A stretch of DNA of 64,000 nucleotides from Pelagomonas calceolata. Lineage: Eukaryota. Shown one piece after another: positions 54,004 through 64,000 of the stretch. The DNA is taken from positions 4,340,001 to 4,404,000 of the forward strand of contig CAKKNE010000003.1 of the NCBI GenBank assembly GCA_918797485.1, given 5' to 3'. The stretch's first letter is position 1. Each line of letters starts with the position of its first letter. Under the pieces are notes generated by a model that saw only the letters and a program-made list of their open reading frames with translations, was not told where the DNA came from and did no database searches. A program made the translations under genes and the position numbers.

Positions 54004-54789
54004 TTACCCCTCGCCGTCGGCCCCCCACGCCTCGAGCTCTTGAATCTGGGCCACGCCGGGGTAGGGCGGCAGCCGTAGGTCGTATTTCTCCCGGATGAAG
54101 GGCGGCACGAAGCGCCCGCCGACGTAGTGCCGCCCCCGGAAGCACGCGGCGCACATCTTCGGCGCGGTGAGCGACACGAGCACGGCCGGCCGCAGGACGG
54201 CGCCCGCGTCCGGGGGCCCCCGCTCCACGTGCCACCCCGACGGCGTGTCCACGGAGACGAGGGGCGCCGTCGTCGTCGCCAGCGCCTCCAGCAACGCGTC
54301 GAACGGCGGCCGAGGCGCCCCGCGAAACGAAAACCCGAAGACGGCGTCGAGGACGACGTCGTAGGTCGCCAGGGGCGCCGGCGGCGCGGCGCTGACGGGC
54401 GCGTCGACCTCGGTGCACTGCGCGACGAGGTTCGCGAACAACTGTTTCTTCGGCTGCTTGGGGTAGACGACGTCGACCTTTGCCACGCCGAAGTGCCGCA
54501 GGTGGCGGGCCGCGACGAGCCCGTCGCCGCCGTTGTTGCCGGGCCCCGCGACGACTAAAACGGACGACGCGTCGGGGTAGGCGTCCTTGACGGCGCACGC
54601 GACGGATAAACCGGCGAGCTCCATGAGCTGGTCCACCGAAAAGCCCGGCGTGCGCATGAGGTCCTCGTCTAGAGCTATGGCCGCGTCTTGCCCGAGCAGC
54701 GTCACTTGCTGGGCGGAAGCGCCGCCCATGCCGGCGGACAGCGCGCGCGCTTTCGCCGTGAGCGAGGCGAGGAGGACCGCGCGGCGCAT
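54004..54789 (-). CDS. NAXE: NAD(P)H-hydrate epimerase (YjeF_N)
   Basis: QLMELAGLSVA, GPGNNGGDGLVAARHL, DAVFGFSF, SVDTPSGW, LVSLTAPK, GGRFVPP. Confidence 0.95.
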   Translation of the reverse strand: MRRAVLLASLTAKARALSAGMGGASAQQVTLLGQDAAIALDEDLMRTPGFSVDQLMELAGLSVACAVKDAYPDASSVLVVAGPGNNGGDGLVAARHLRHFGVAKVDVVYPKQPKKQLFANLVAQCTEVDAPVSAAPPAPLATYDVVLDAVFGFSFRGAPRPPFDALLEALATTTAPLVSVDTPSGWHVERGPPDAGAVLRPAVLVSLTAPKMCAACFRGRHYVGGRFVPPFIREKYDLRLPPYPGVAQIQELEAWGADGEG

Positions 54790-55419
54790 GAACGGCGCGC
54801 GTCCGCCTCTTATCGGAGAGCACTGGCGGACTTTTTGGGTCTTGTTGTGTCCGTCGTCGGTTTTCGCGCGCGAGCGGACGAGCCACCGCAACTATATAGC
54901 TTTGGGAGCAGCAAGGGTCCTTGGCATATATAGCTCTTGTAGAGCTATACTTGAGCAGAGCCTGCCGTGCAGCCCCTAGGGATAGTGTCTTACAGGCCGC
55001 TAGCCGCGATTTTCCACACTCGCGGGAGCCTGGAAGCCGCATCCCGGGCCGGTCCTCTGTGCTAGCGCCTGTAACACCCCGACTAACTAGCCTGAGCCTG
55101 AGCCTGAAGCGGACGGGTGGGCCCGGGGGGAGCGGGAGGGGTACGGGGGACCCCGCGACGTAACTAGCCTGAGCCTGAAGCGAGTCCAAGCCGGCGAACG
55201 CACACATTGTCGGGGGGGGGGGTGCCGAGGCGGTTCTGCTTCTAAAGAAGGAGGTACGCTGTTATGAAAGACGCGGCACGCGCCCGCCGCCGATGAATCG
55301 GCGAACGCGCGGTGTCTCCCCCCAGCCCTGGCAGGGGCTCCGCCCACTAGTCCTACGTACTAAGTACAATAGAGCCCAGTCCTGTCCTGCGTCTGCTGAG
55401 GGGAGCCACACTATGCACA

Positions 55420-56451
55420 TTAGTATCCCGCCGCCATGGCCGCGAAGGACCCGCGCGCGGGCTTCGCGGCCGGCGGCACCCAGGCCGGCGGTGCCTCGGG
55501 CGCCGCGGCGCTCTCCAGGTCCCCGCGCGCGTCCGCCGCCTCGAGGGCTTTCGCCAGGTCCCGCGGCGCCTGGCCCGCCTTTGGAGAGCCCTTCGCAGGC
55601 GGCGCCGGCTCGTCGTCCTCCGTGAGGCAGCCGCCCGCGGCCCCGCCCTTGCAGTCGCGCGTCAGGTCCTTCTCGTACGCGAGCAGCGCGTCCGCGTAGC
55701 CCGAGTAGCGCTTCTGCGCATCCGGCGGCAGCGTCGCGAACAATAAAAGCAGTTCCCGCCGGAAGTTGCGGTAGAGGTCCGCGAGCTCCCGCGCGTCGTC
55801 GGGCGTCAGCTGGAAGCGTCCCGCGTCGGCGATCCTGGCCGCGGCGCCGGAAATGGCCAACAGCGCGTTCATTGTCTGCGGCGCGCGCTTCAGCGCTTCG
55901 TCCCTGCGGTCCCGCGGCACCTCCTCGCGGATCATAAGTTTTATATTTCCGTCCAGATTCGAATTTTCGAGGAGGAGCTCCGTGCCGAACATGAACTGCT
56001 GCGGCGTCACGGGGACGCCTAAATCCGAGCCCTTGGCGACCTCCCGCAGCAGCTTCTCCTGGAAGTCGGCGACCTGGGCGACCCGCAGCACGACGAGGCC
56101 CGACACTTCGTTCAGGTCCGGCGCGTCGTAGCTGCCCGCGGCGACCGCGGGCGCGGCGGCGCCCGCAGCAGCGCTCGCCGCGGCCGTGGCGCCGAGCCAG
56201 CGCTGCACGGCGAGGCGGCGCGTGCAGCGGTCCCAGGCGGGGCGAGCGAGAGCCTCGTCCCGCGTCGGGCGTCGGTCCCGCGCGGCGTCGGGCGAGCGGC
56301 GCGGTGGCGCGCGTCCGCGCGGAGGCGACAGCGCGTGGCCTCGCGCACCCGTGGCGGGGCCGGCGACGCGTGCGACGCGTGCGACGCGTGCGCGCGTGTG
56401 CGCGGTGGCGTGAGCCATGCTGAGCAGGGCTAGCATTTGCGGTGCCTGCAT
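55420..56451 (-). CDS. Hypothetical plastid protein, possibly thylakoid-lumenal
   Basis: Signal peptide, Arg/Ala transit region, twin-Arg TRR...AAAPAVA, then a helical domain. Confidence 0.65.
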   Translation of the reverse strand: MQAPQMLALLSMAHATAHTRARVARVARVAGPATGARGHALSPPRGRAPPRRSPDAARDRRPTRDEALARPAWDRCTRRLAVQRWLGATAAASAAAGAAAPAVAAGSYDAPDLNEVSGLVVLRVAQVADFQEKLLREVAKGSDLGVPVTPQQFMFGTELLLENSNLDGNIKLMIREEVPRDRRDEALKRAPQTMNALLAISGAAARIADAGRFQLTPDDARELADLYRNFRRELLLLFATLPPDAQKRYSGYADALLAYEKDLTRDCKGGAAGGCLTEDDEPAPPAKGSPKAGQAPRDLAKALEAADARGDLESAAAPEAPPAWVPPAAKPARGSFAAMAAGY

Positions 56452-56975
56452 CGCTCCGCTGCGGCTTTCTTCGAGGTGAGCGTAATGCTCAGATGCTGTA
56501 GAGAGCAGAGTCTTTCATCGGTGCCCTCGGACTCGCTTGCGCTGTTTGTGTCACGCTTTTGCGCAGCCTTATGCCTCATCTGCATCACACCCTAGAGCTA
56601 AAATTAAGGTTATACACTTATATACGATACACTTGCATACGCAAGAGCCTGAGCTTGCTACTGGTAGTGTCTTCACACAGGCCACTAGCGTACGGGTTCA
56701 GCGAGACTCGGGGGGCAGGGTGAAACAACACCCTATCGCCAATCCCAATAGACACAGTGGCGAAGCGTTCGGGGTCCGTACTACCTGGGGGTGGGTTCAA
56801 TAAGCGACTCTCTCTCTCTCTGGCCTACGGAAGGTGCAGTTTGAGGACTGCGTCGGGTCCAGTCTCAGCCTTACGGGCTCGTTGGGCTAGGGCCTTTGCG
56901 TGCGGGTTTGGGTAAGCAGCGAGAGAGAAGGTGGCTTATCCTTGGGGGCGGGGAGGGAGGGGACCTTGGAACGCC

Positions 56976-58222
56976 TCACGCGACGCGCGCGCGCTTCGGC
57001 GACGGGATGGCCGGCCCGGGCGCGTCGTCGAAGAAGCTCGCGTCGAGGCCGGCGAGGACGTCGTCCTGGACCAGCGGCAGGCTCGCGGGCAGCGTGACGA
57101 CGGGCCCGACGACGGGCGGCGGCCGCTGCGCCTGCGGCCGCGGCGGCGCGGCGACGGGCGGCCGCGGCGGCGACGACCTCGTCGCCGGTCGCGCGATGCC
57201 GGCCGGGGAGGGCCTCGGCGCGCCGCGCGGCGCCGCGCGCGTGGGCGTCGGCGCCGGCGCGCCGGCGCGTGCCGGCGCCGGGGCGGCCGCGGGCGGCCCC
57301 GCGCGCGCCGGCGGGCGCGCCGGCGCCGGGGCGACCCCGGGCGGTCCCGCGCGCGCCGGCGGCGCGGCTCGCACGTGCGCCGGCGGCGCGGCTTGCGGCG
57401 GCGCCGGCGCGACGCGCGCCTGGGGCGGGCCCGACCGCGCCGGCGGCCCCACGCGCGGCGGGCCGCGCGCCGGCGGGGCCGCCACCAAGCCGCGAGACTG
57501 GGCGGCCGCCGCCGCGCGCGCGACGGCCCCGCCGGCCGCGACGCGCGCCGGCGGCGGCGACGCGGCCCGCGGCGGCGGCGACGCGGGCGCGGGCGCGGGC
57601 GCGGGCGCCGCCGGTGCCGCCGCCGGTGCCGCCGCCGGTGCCGCGCGCGGCGCCGCCGTAACGGGGGACGGCGCCGCCGCGAGGTCGCCGAAGCAGCGCA
57701 GCGTCCGCCTGCGAAGGGAACCGGTGACGACCGCCACGCAGTCTTCGTGATGACGGCGTCGACGAGGCGACGCCGCGTCCGCGCCGCTTGCCGTCCTTCA
57801 CGGCCGCCGCCTTGGCCGCGCCGAGCGCCTCCTCGCGGTCGCGGCCCGTCGCCGTCGCGTGGCCGACGTCCTCGTGGTAGCAGTTACCTGCGCGCGCACC
57901 AACCGTGAAGCGCCGCGAAATTTGCTTGGTGCGCTGCGGTTCACCGTCGGCGAGCGTCACGCGCACCACGGCCGTCGCGCCGGCGCGCCACGTCGCGTCG
58001 CTCATCTTGCGGTCGCTCTCGACGGTCACGTCCATGACCTGCGGCGGCGGCGTCGAGGCGGCGCTCTCGAGCGTGGCTCCCCTCGGAGTCGCGCGCGCGC
58101 GTCGATGCCTGGCGGACGCCGCGCGCGACGTTACTGCTCCAGCCGCGGGGGCCCCAGCGCGCGTGCGCTCGGGCGACGATGGCGTCGTCCTCGTGGTCCT
58201 CGTGCCGCGGCGGCTCCTCCAT
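56976..58222 (-). CDS. Rad52/Rad59-like single-strand annealing protein, about three introns, Pro/Ala-rich tail
   Basis: AHARWGPRGWSS...AVVRVTLADG...YHEDVG...AKAAAVKDGKRR...LRCFG. Confidence 0.75.
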
Positions 58223-59218
58223 CGCCGCCGCCGTCGGTGTGCGTCGCGCGGCGTGCGGCTGCGCGGGGCGGCGGCCAGTCTTTCCAGCGATATGTGCGCA
58301 AGTTGCTCCCGTGTGTCGGAGCACCAGCTTGGGTGGGCCGGGGTCTCGGGACCGATCGTACATACCAATCTCATACCAGTACTAGGGTAGGTGCCGTATT
58401 CACTAGGCCTATTCTATCCGGGTATCTAACTAAGATAAATGAGACTAGGATAGTGAAGCTAAGATAAAATTTGGGAGATTTATAAGTGGAAAAAGGGGCC
58501 GTTGCCACAACGGGCGCCAACCCCAGGGACCCCGGACCACGCGCCCCCGCGCCAAAACAACCAAGGGAGGGTGGGCGGGCCAAAATTCTTGCTCCTTTGT
58601 CCTGCGCTCTCACAATCGGAGCGCTATGGGACACAAGCAAGTATAAGAAAGTATGGGGCGAGCCACTAGGTGTGACGATATTGCTGCTATCATGATAGCC
58701 CCCCCTAGTAGGAGCCCTAGTAGGGCGTAGTAGGGGGGTCGACTTGCGCGACTGCCATCTGTTCCTGTCCGTAGAGTAGTCCTCTCGCCGCGGCCCTGAC
58801 CGCGGCACTCAGCGAGTCGACGTTAGCTGGTCGCGGGCCTGCCGCGGGCAAAAAAGGGGGGGTAAAACGGAGCTAGTGGGATTTTTTCCAGGGACCCCTG
58901 AAGAGGTGTGGTAGGTAGTGTCATGGCTCCTGAGTGTATAGTGCTGGTAAGCACAGAGGGAGGGGTTGGGGGTTGGGGCGGGTGGGTCGTCCCGGGGGAA
59001 GGAACGCCTAAGGCGAAGCCAGGCACTATGGGTCTTTTAGCCTTGGCTTTACTCTGCAGCTTCGTGTGCAGCCCAGCAGCGTCGTCTTCGTATTTCGCCC
59101 CTCTAGCTAGTAGCTACGATACGCGTTTCAACAGGTAGCGCGACGGCACGGCCGGCGCCGGGCGGGTGTTGACCAACGACGTATTACTTCACGAGGGGGT
59201 ATCCTAGAAACTGCGGCC

Positions 59219-60565
59219 CTAGCGGCCGACGCCCGCCGCCGCGGCCGAGTCGACCGCGCCCCGCGCCTCCTTGTCCGCGGCGACCTCCTGCGCGCGCTTC
59301 TTGTTCCAGAACGAGGCCGGCAGGATTTTCGTCGGGATGCAGCGGTCCTTGTACTTCTGCGTGACGTCCTGGACCTCCTCGAAGAGCGCGTCGTTGAGCT
59401 TGGTGGGCTCGAAGCCCAGCGCGCGGAACTTGCGGTTGCTCACGTCGAGCTCGTTCTCGGCGGCCTCCTGGCGCGGGTTCGCGAGGAAGCGCGCCTCGAC
59501 GCCCGTGTTCTTCGAGATGAGCTCCGCGATGTCGCGCACGCGCCGCGTCTCGGCGACCTGGTTGAAGATCTCGGGCTGGGCCCCCTCGGCCGGCGGGTTG
59601 TTGATGGCGATCTCGATGCACTTGCACGTGTCCGAGATGTGGATGAAGGCGCGCGTCTGGCCGCCCGTGCCGTAGACCGTCATGGGCACGTTGAGGGCCG
59701 CCTGCATGAGGAAGCGGTTCAGCACCGTGCCGTAGTCGCCGTCGTAGTCGAAGCGGTTCGTCAACCTCGGGTCCATCGACGTCAGGTCGGTGTTCGTGCC
59801 CCAGACGATGCCCTGGTGCAAATCGGTGACGCGCACGCCGTCGTTCTTCGCGTAGAACTGGAAGAGGAGCGCGTCGAGGCACTTGGTCGTGTGGTAGACC
59901 GAGCCGGGGTAGGCGGGGTGGAGGATGCGCGAGTCGCGGCCGCCGGGCAGCACGACGTCAATGTAACCCTCGGGGATCTCGCCGCCCGACGTGCCGTACC
60001 CGTACACGCCCATGGTGCCGAGATGGACGATGTGCGCGCAGCAGTCGGCCTCGACGACGGCCGTCAGGAGGTTGTGCGTGCCGCAGACGTTGTTGTCCAC
60101 CGTGTACCTCTTTTGCTTCGTGCCCTTCTGCGAGTACGGCGCGGCGCGCTGCTCGGCGAAGTGGACGATGGAGTCGGGCCGCTTGTCCTTGATTAACGAT
60201 TCCAAACGGTCGTACTCCTTCGCGACGTCCAGATTGACGAAGTCGATCGTCTTGCCCGTCAGCTCCTTCCACGCCGCGATGCGCACCTCCGGGTGGGCGA
60301 TGGGCGTCAGCGAGTCGCACCCGAGCTCCGTGTCGATGTCCCGCCGGCTGAGGTTGTCGACGATGGTCACGGCGTGGCCCTTGTCCGACAGGTGGACGGC
60401 CGTCGGCCAGCCGCAGAAGCCGTCGCCGCCCAGGACGAGGATCTTCTTGGCGCCGCCGGCCATCATGCTCACGGGCGCGGCCGCTCGCCGCGCGGGCCGC
60501 GCGCGGAGCGCGCCGGGGGCCCTCAGGGCCTCACCCAAGGCGAGCGTCAAGAGGACGCGCAGCAT
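59219..60565 (-). CDS. SQD1: UDP-sulfoquinovose synthase, plastid-targeted
   Basis: LGGDGFCGWPT, HFAEQRAAPYS, HLGTMGVYGY, PGSVYHTTK, RFDYDGDYGTVLNRF. Confidence 0.97.
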   Translation of the reverse strand: MLRVLLTLALGEALRAPGALRARPARRAAAPVSMMAGGAKKILVLGGDGFCGWPTAVHLSDKGHAVTIVDNLSRRDIDTELGCDSLTPIAHPEVRIAAWKELTGKTIDFVNLDVAKEYDRLESLIKDKRPDSIVHFAEQRAAPYSQKGTKQKRYTVDNNVCGTHNLLTAVVEADCCAHIVHLGTMGVYGYGTSGGEIPEGYIDVVLPGGRDSRILHPAYPGSVYHTTKCLDALLFQFYAKNDGVRVTDLHQGIVWGTNTDLTSMDPRLTNRFDYDGDYGTVLNRFLMQAALNVPMTVYGTGGQTRAFIHISDTCKCIEIAINNPPAEGAQPEIFNQVAETRRVRDIAELISKNTGVEARFLANPRQEAAENELDVSNRKFRALGFEPTKLNDALFEEVQDVTQKYKDRCIPTKILPASFWNKKRAQEVAADKEARGAVDSAAAAGVGR

Positions 60566-61008
60566 CCTCCACGAGGGCACGCGGTCTTGTGCTAGGTGCA
60601 GTCGCGTCGGACCTGCGTTGCAGCTGCGCCGCCACACGCTCTTAATTGAGATCGCCGCCCTGATGTTGGTCACGCCTGTGAGGGCAAGTCAACCCGAGCA
60701 ATCGTCGGCGGGAGGAGTTTGCCTACGGGTCTGTAGACGTCTGCTCCGAGGAGTGGCCGCCTTCCACCAGTCGCGCCTTGCTCGCGGGGGTCACAGTAAC
60801 AATTGTACAACTTCATGAGCTAGTTTTTGAGTGGCGCAGGGGCTGTGCGACGCGCAGGGCACGAGGAGTGCAACCGCGGTTTTGACTCATTTAGAGTCCC
60901 TGCAATTGCTGCCGCAGCGCACGCCAGCTCGGCGCCGCGCAAATAAGCGCCTCCCTTAGACCTGCCGGGTTTGGGTAATAAGCAGCGAGAGAAGACGCGT
61001 CGACACCC

Positions 61009-61332
61009 ATGGCCGAGCGAGCGCCGCCGCCCGCGGACCCGCCCGGGCCGCAGTTCATGGCGGAGAAGCTCGCGCGGCTCGACGCGGACCTCCATCGATT
61101 GCTGGACGCGGCGGCGCCCATGCGCGAGGACTGCGCCGCGAGGGACCCGCGCGCGCCGGCCGAGCGCCTGCGGCACGCGCACCGCCTGCGGCCGACGAGC
61201 GGGCCGCCGCCGGGCTGGGCGCCGGGCGAGCCCATCGAGAACTTCCTGCCGCCGGCGCCGCAGCCCGAGGTCATGCGCGCGGGGGCGCTCGGCGCGCGCG
61301 GCCACGACGCGGCGCTCGGGCGCGCGCGGTGA
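61009..61332 (+). CDS. Short Mediator subunit 4-like protein
   Basis: LRHAHRLRPTSGPPPGWAPGEPIENFLPPAPQPEVMRAGAL resembles the Med4 C-terminal motif. Confidence 0.6.
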   Translation: MAERAPPPADPPGPQFMAEKLARLDADLHRLLDAAAPMREDCAARDPRAPAERLRHAHRLRPTSGPPPGWAPGEPIENFLPPAPQPEVMRAGALGARGHDAALGRAR

Positions 61333-61557
61333 CGGCCGCCGCGCGCGGCCACGACGCGGCGCTCGGGCGCGGTGACGGGCGCCGCGCGCCCCGCGGCGCC
61401 AGAAATTCATATAGGACGCGCGCTACGGGGCGCCGACCCCTTCGACGCCGACGGAGCAGACCGGCGCGCCTTTGCGGGATCGCTCGGGCGCGCGGCGCGC
61501 CGAAGCGTCGAGAAGCCCTCGGCTTATGTCAATAAGGTGTGATAACTTGGAATATAA

Positions 61558-62515
61558 TTAGGCGCGCTTGGCCTTGGACGAGGAACGGACGTACGTGTCG
61601 ACGAAGAAGATGCCGAAGAGGACGAAGTAGGACGAGTACATCGCCAGCCCCAGGATCGAGTTCGTCTTGTTCACGGAGCACTCCTCGCCCTCGATCTGGT
61701 ACAGGACGGCGCGGACGGTCACGCCGATGCCGACGACCATCTGGGCGAGCTGCAGCAGCGTCACGAAAATGGCGCGCTTCTTGACGCGGGGCCGCAGGCG
61801 CTCGACGCCCATGCAGCCGTAGTAGGCGTACATGAGCGCGTGCACGAAGTAGTTCATCGTCGCGAACCACAGGCCGGTCGCGATCTGCGTGCCGTACGAG
61901 TGCCAGCAGTAGAGCAGGACCGTCGCGTGGTGCCACCAGTGGAGGAAGATGAGGCGGCGCTTCGCCAGCAAGATGAGGGCGGTGTCGACCTGCGCGCGCG
62001 ACCTCGCGGCGAAAAAAGGCGCGCGCTTCGTCGGGACGCCGCGGCGGCGCCAGCTCGGCGAACTTCGAGTAGATGAAGAGCGCCACGAACAGCCCGCAAA
62101 CGCCGCCGCCGTACCAGGGCGCCGGCGCGCAGCACGTGAAGTAGAAGCCGTTGCGGTACAGCTCCGTGAGCAGCACGGGCGCGCACGCGCAGAACCCCAT
62201 CGCGGAGAAGAGCGCGAGCCCGAAATTCCAGCACTGCGCGAAGGCGCGGAGCTCGACCCGCCGCCGCACGCGCCGCAGGAGCGGGATCATCAGCGCGTAG
62301 GCGGCGACGGCGCCGAGCGGCAGGTGCCAGGCCCGCGCGCTGGCGCGGCTCCAGGCGAAGCCGTTGAAGAAGCGCACGCGCTCCAGCGAGTAGAAGTGCA
62401 GCTCGTAGCCCCGCCACGGCGCCGTCCACGCGTCATACTCGGCGGGCAGCTCCGGCACGTGCGCCAGGTCGGCCGCGACCTCGCCCGCGGTCGGGAGCCA
62501 CTCGCGCAGGGTCAT
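61558..62515 (-). CDS. ELO/GNS1 fatty acid elongase; GC-AG intron 61990-62050
   Basis: WNFGLALFS, FIYSKFAEL|VDT, FLHWWHH, MNYFVHALMYAYY, TLLQLAQM. Confidence 0.95.
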
Positions 62516-62912
62516 GGGGCGTCGAGTGCTGCACACGTCGTGCTTCCGCCGCGGCGGAGGATGCGTCCTCTTGCTCGCGCCGGTGCAATGCGCAGCGGTC
62601 AAACGCGCCCACGCGACCCGCTCGGGCTCGGATGCCTAGTGTCTTACGGGCCGCTAGCCCGCAATTGGAACTCCCCTTCACGTGATGGCGCGGGACCACC
62701 CGAGAGGGTAAAAGCGGGGCAGGGCTTGACCGGTTCGGCGCGCGCTCCCGGCGCGGTGCCCGACGGTGTCCGCGATTCGTTCACCCTGTCGGTTGCCCCG
62801 TACCGTTACTGGTACGGGGCACACAGGCCCTAGTGAGTTTTGCGCCACTAGCATTTTAGCTGTTTTACGCCGCTCGTCAGAATCCTGTTCTTCGCCGCTT
62901 GCCCTTTCCGCC

Positions 62913-63496
62913 TGCAATGGAAATACACGTCTAGTAGGATCCCAAGGTTCAACTGAGACGTATCCAAGCACAACCCGTACTTGTATTACCCGCCTAGGCT
63001 ACTTCCCATCCTAGGGTACTCCGATATCCCCTTAGTAGGGGGAAGTCGCCTCTCACTCCTAACTATTATCATCCTGAGTCACCTTTAATTGACGGACGTA
63101 ATTCCCAGGCTAACATTCACACTTCTTCGCTATCCCCCACTCGGATTCTTGGAGACAACTTAGGGGCAATTCAAACTGCTGCTAACCCTGTTTCCAGCGG
63201 GCGTTCCAAGCATATTGACATAAGGTATTTGAAGATGCGCGAATATCATGCCGCGATTTCATGATTATCGCAATCTGATCACGATCACGACAATGGGGGA
63301 GTGCAATGGAAATACACGTCTAGTAGGATCCCAAGGTTCAACTGAGACGTATCCAAGCACAACCCGTACTTGTATTACCCGCCTAGGCTACTTCCCATCC
63401 TAGGGTACTCCGATATCCCCTTAGTAGGGGGAAGTCGCCTCTCACTCCTAACTATTATCATCCTGAGTCACCTTTAATTGACGGACGTAATTCCCC
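62913..63496 (+). mobile_element. TRIM-like element with 195-bp direct repeats
   Basis: 62913-63107 and 63302-63496 near identical, TG...CA on the first, PPT GGGGGAG before the second; PBS and TSD degenerate. Confidence 0.8.
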
Positions 63497-64000
63497 GTCA
63501 CAAACCCCATCAAACATGGGAGAAACTATTTCGTTAGACGACTACACTACGCTGCCGGGGAAGTCCGGAGCTACACACTCTATTTCCCTATGCATCGCAC
63601 CGCCCCCGTAAAACGTTTCTCTCGCTCCCCGCGTTCCGATGAGCACCCGGCCTACGTCAACACAGTAAAAATCAAAGGGGAAGTCGGCGCACAACTGAGC
63701 GGGCGCGTCCTCATGTCAACCCGTCGCCCCAACCCCCCGAGCGTGTACGTTCTTTCGAAATTGTTTGTATGCGCCCTTGTTGTTGTTGTGATGCCTAGAA
63801 CCTCAAGATCATAGCTCTTGTTGAGATGAGTAAATCTGCTAGTATCTTACCCACTTGATGAGTTCGATTCGCGGCATGCCGCAGTGCCACGCACTCGCTC
63901 GTTGCATTCGTCTCGCTCACGTCGAGCTCCAGAAAGCATCGGTATGGCAGCCTCGAGCCGATGATCTGCTCGACGTCGCCAAAATTCTCGATGGTTTCGG

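Noticed and set aside
63790..64000. Minus-strand gene 3' end at the window edge
   Set aside because: Open frame of about 65 codons without recognisable motifs; not enough to call.

Overview
Eukaryotic, very GC-rich algal DNA, most consistent with a pelagophyte stramenopile (inferred from plastid-targeted SQD1, frequent GC-AG introns and 8-bp-TSD introner elements). Compact GC-rich housekeeping genes (UBC9, UBE2G/UBC7, MPST, PACRG-like, PDZ-SYLF, F-box/FIST, MIT-calpain, NAXE, Rad52-like, SQD1, MED4-like, ELO) alternate with mostly intronless glycan-modifying genes (FkbM-like and other methyltransferases, GT31, GT92, fucosyltransferase-like, sulfotransferase). AT-richer spacers are packed with transposon debris. 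The most notable element is a 5.3-kb CAC-ended TIR transposon (7698-12962) with a decayed RAG1/Transib-like DDE transposase facing tail-to-tail a BAH-domain gene, an arrangement that echoes ProtoRAG. It sits directly after an intact 1254-aa DUF6589-like transposase ending in a near-identical CACTA terminus. Also present: three related introner elements with 8-bp TSDs, a copia-type TRIM with non-canonical TA...TA LTR ends and a half-tRNA PBS, several other ~200-bp LTR families, a Pack-MULE-like element carrying a surface-protein gene, a mariner with a D47D spacing, MITEs and arrays of probable mariner footprints. All protein calls come from motif recognition by eye; no database searches were run.
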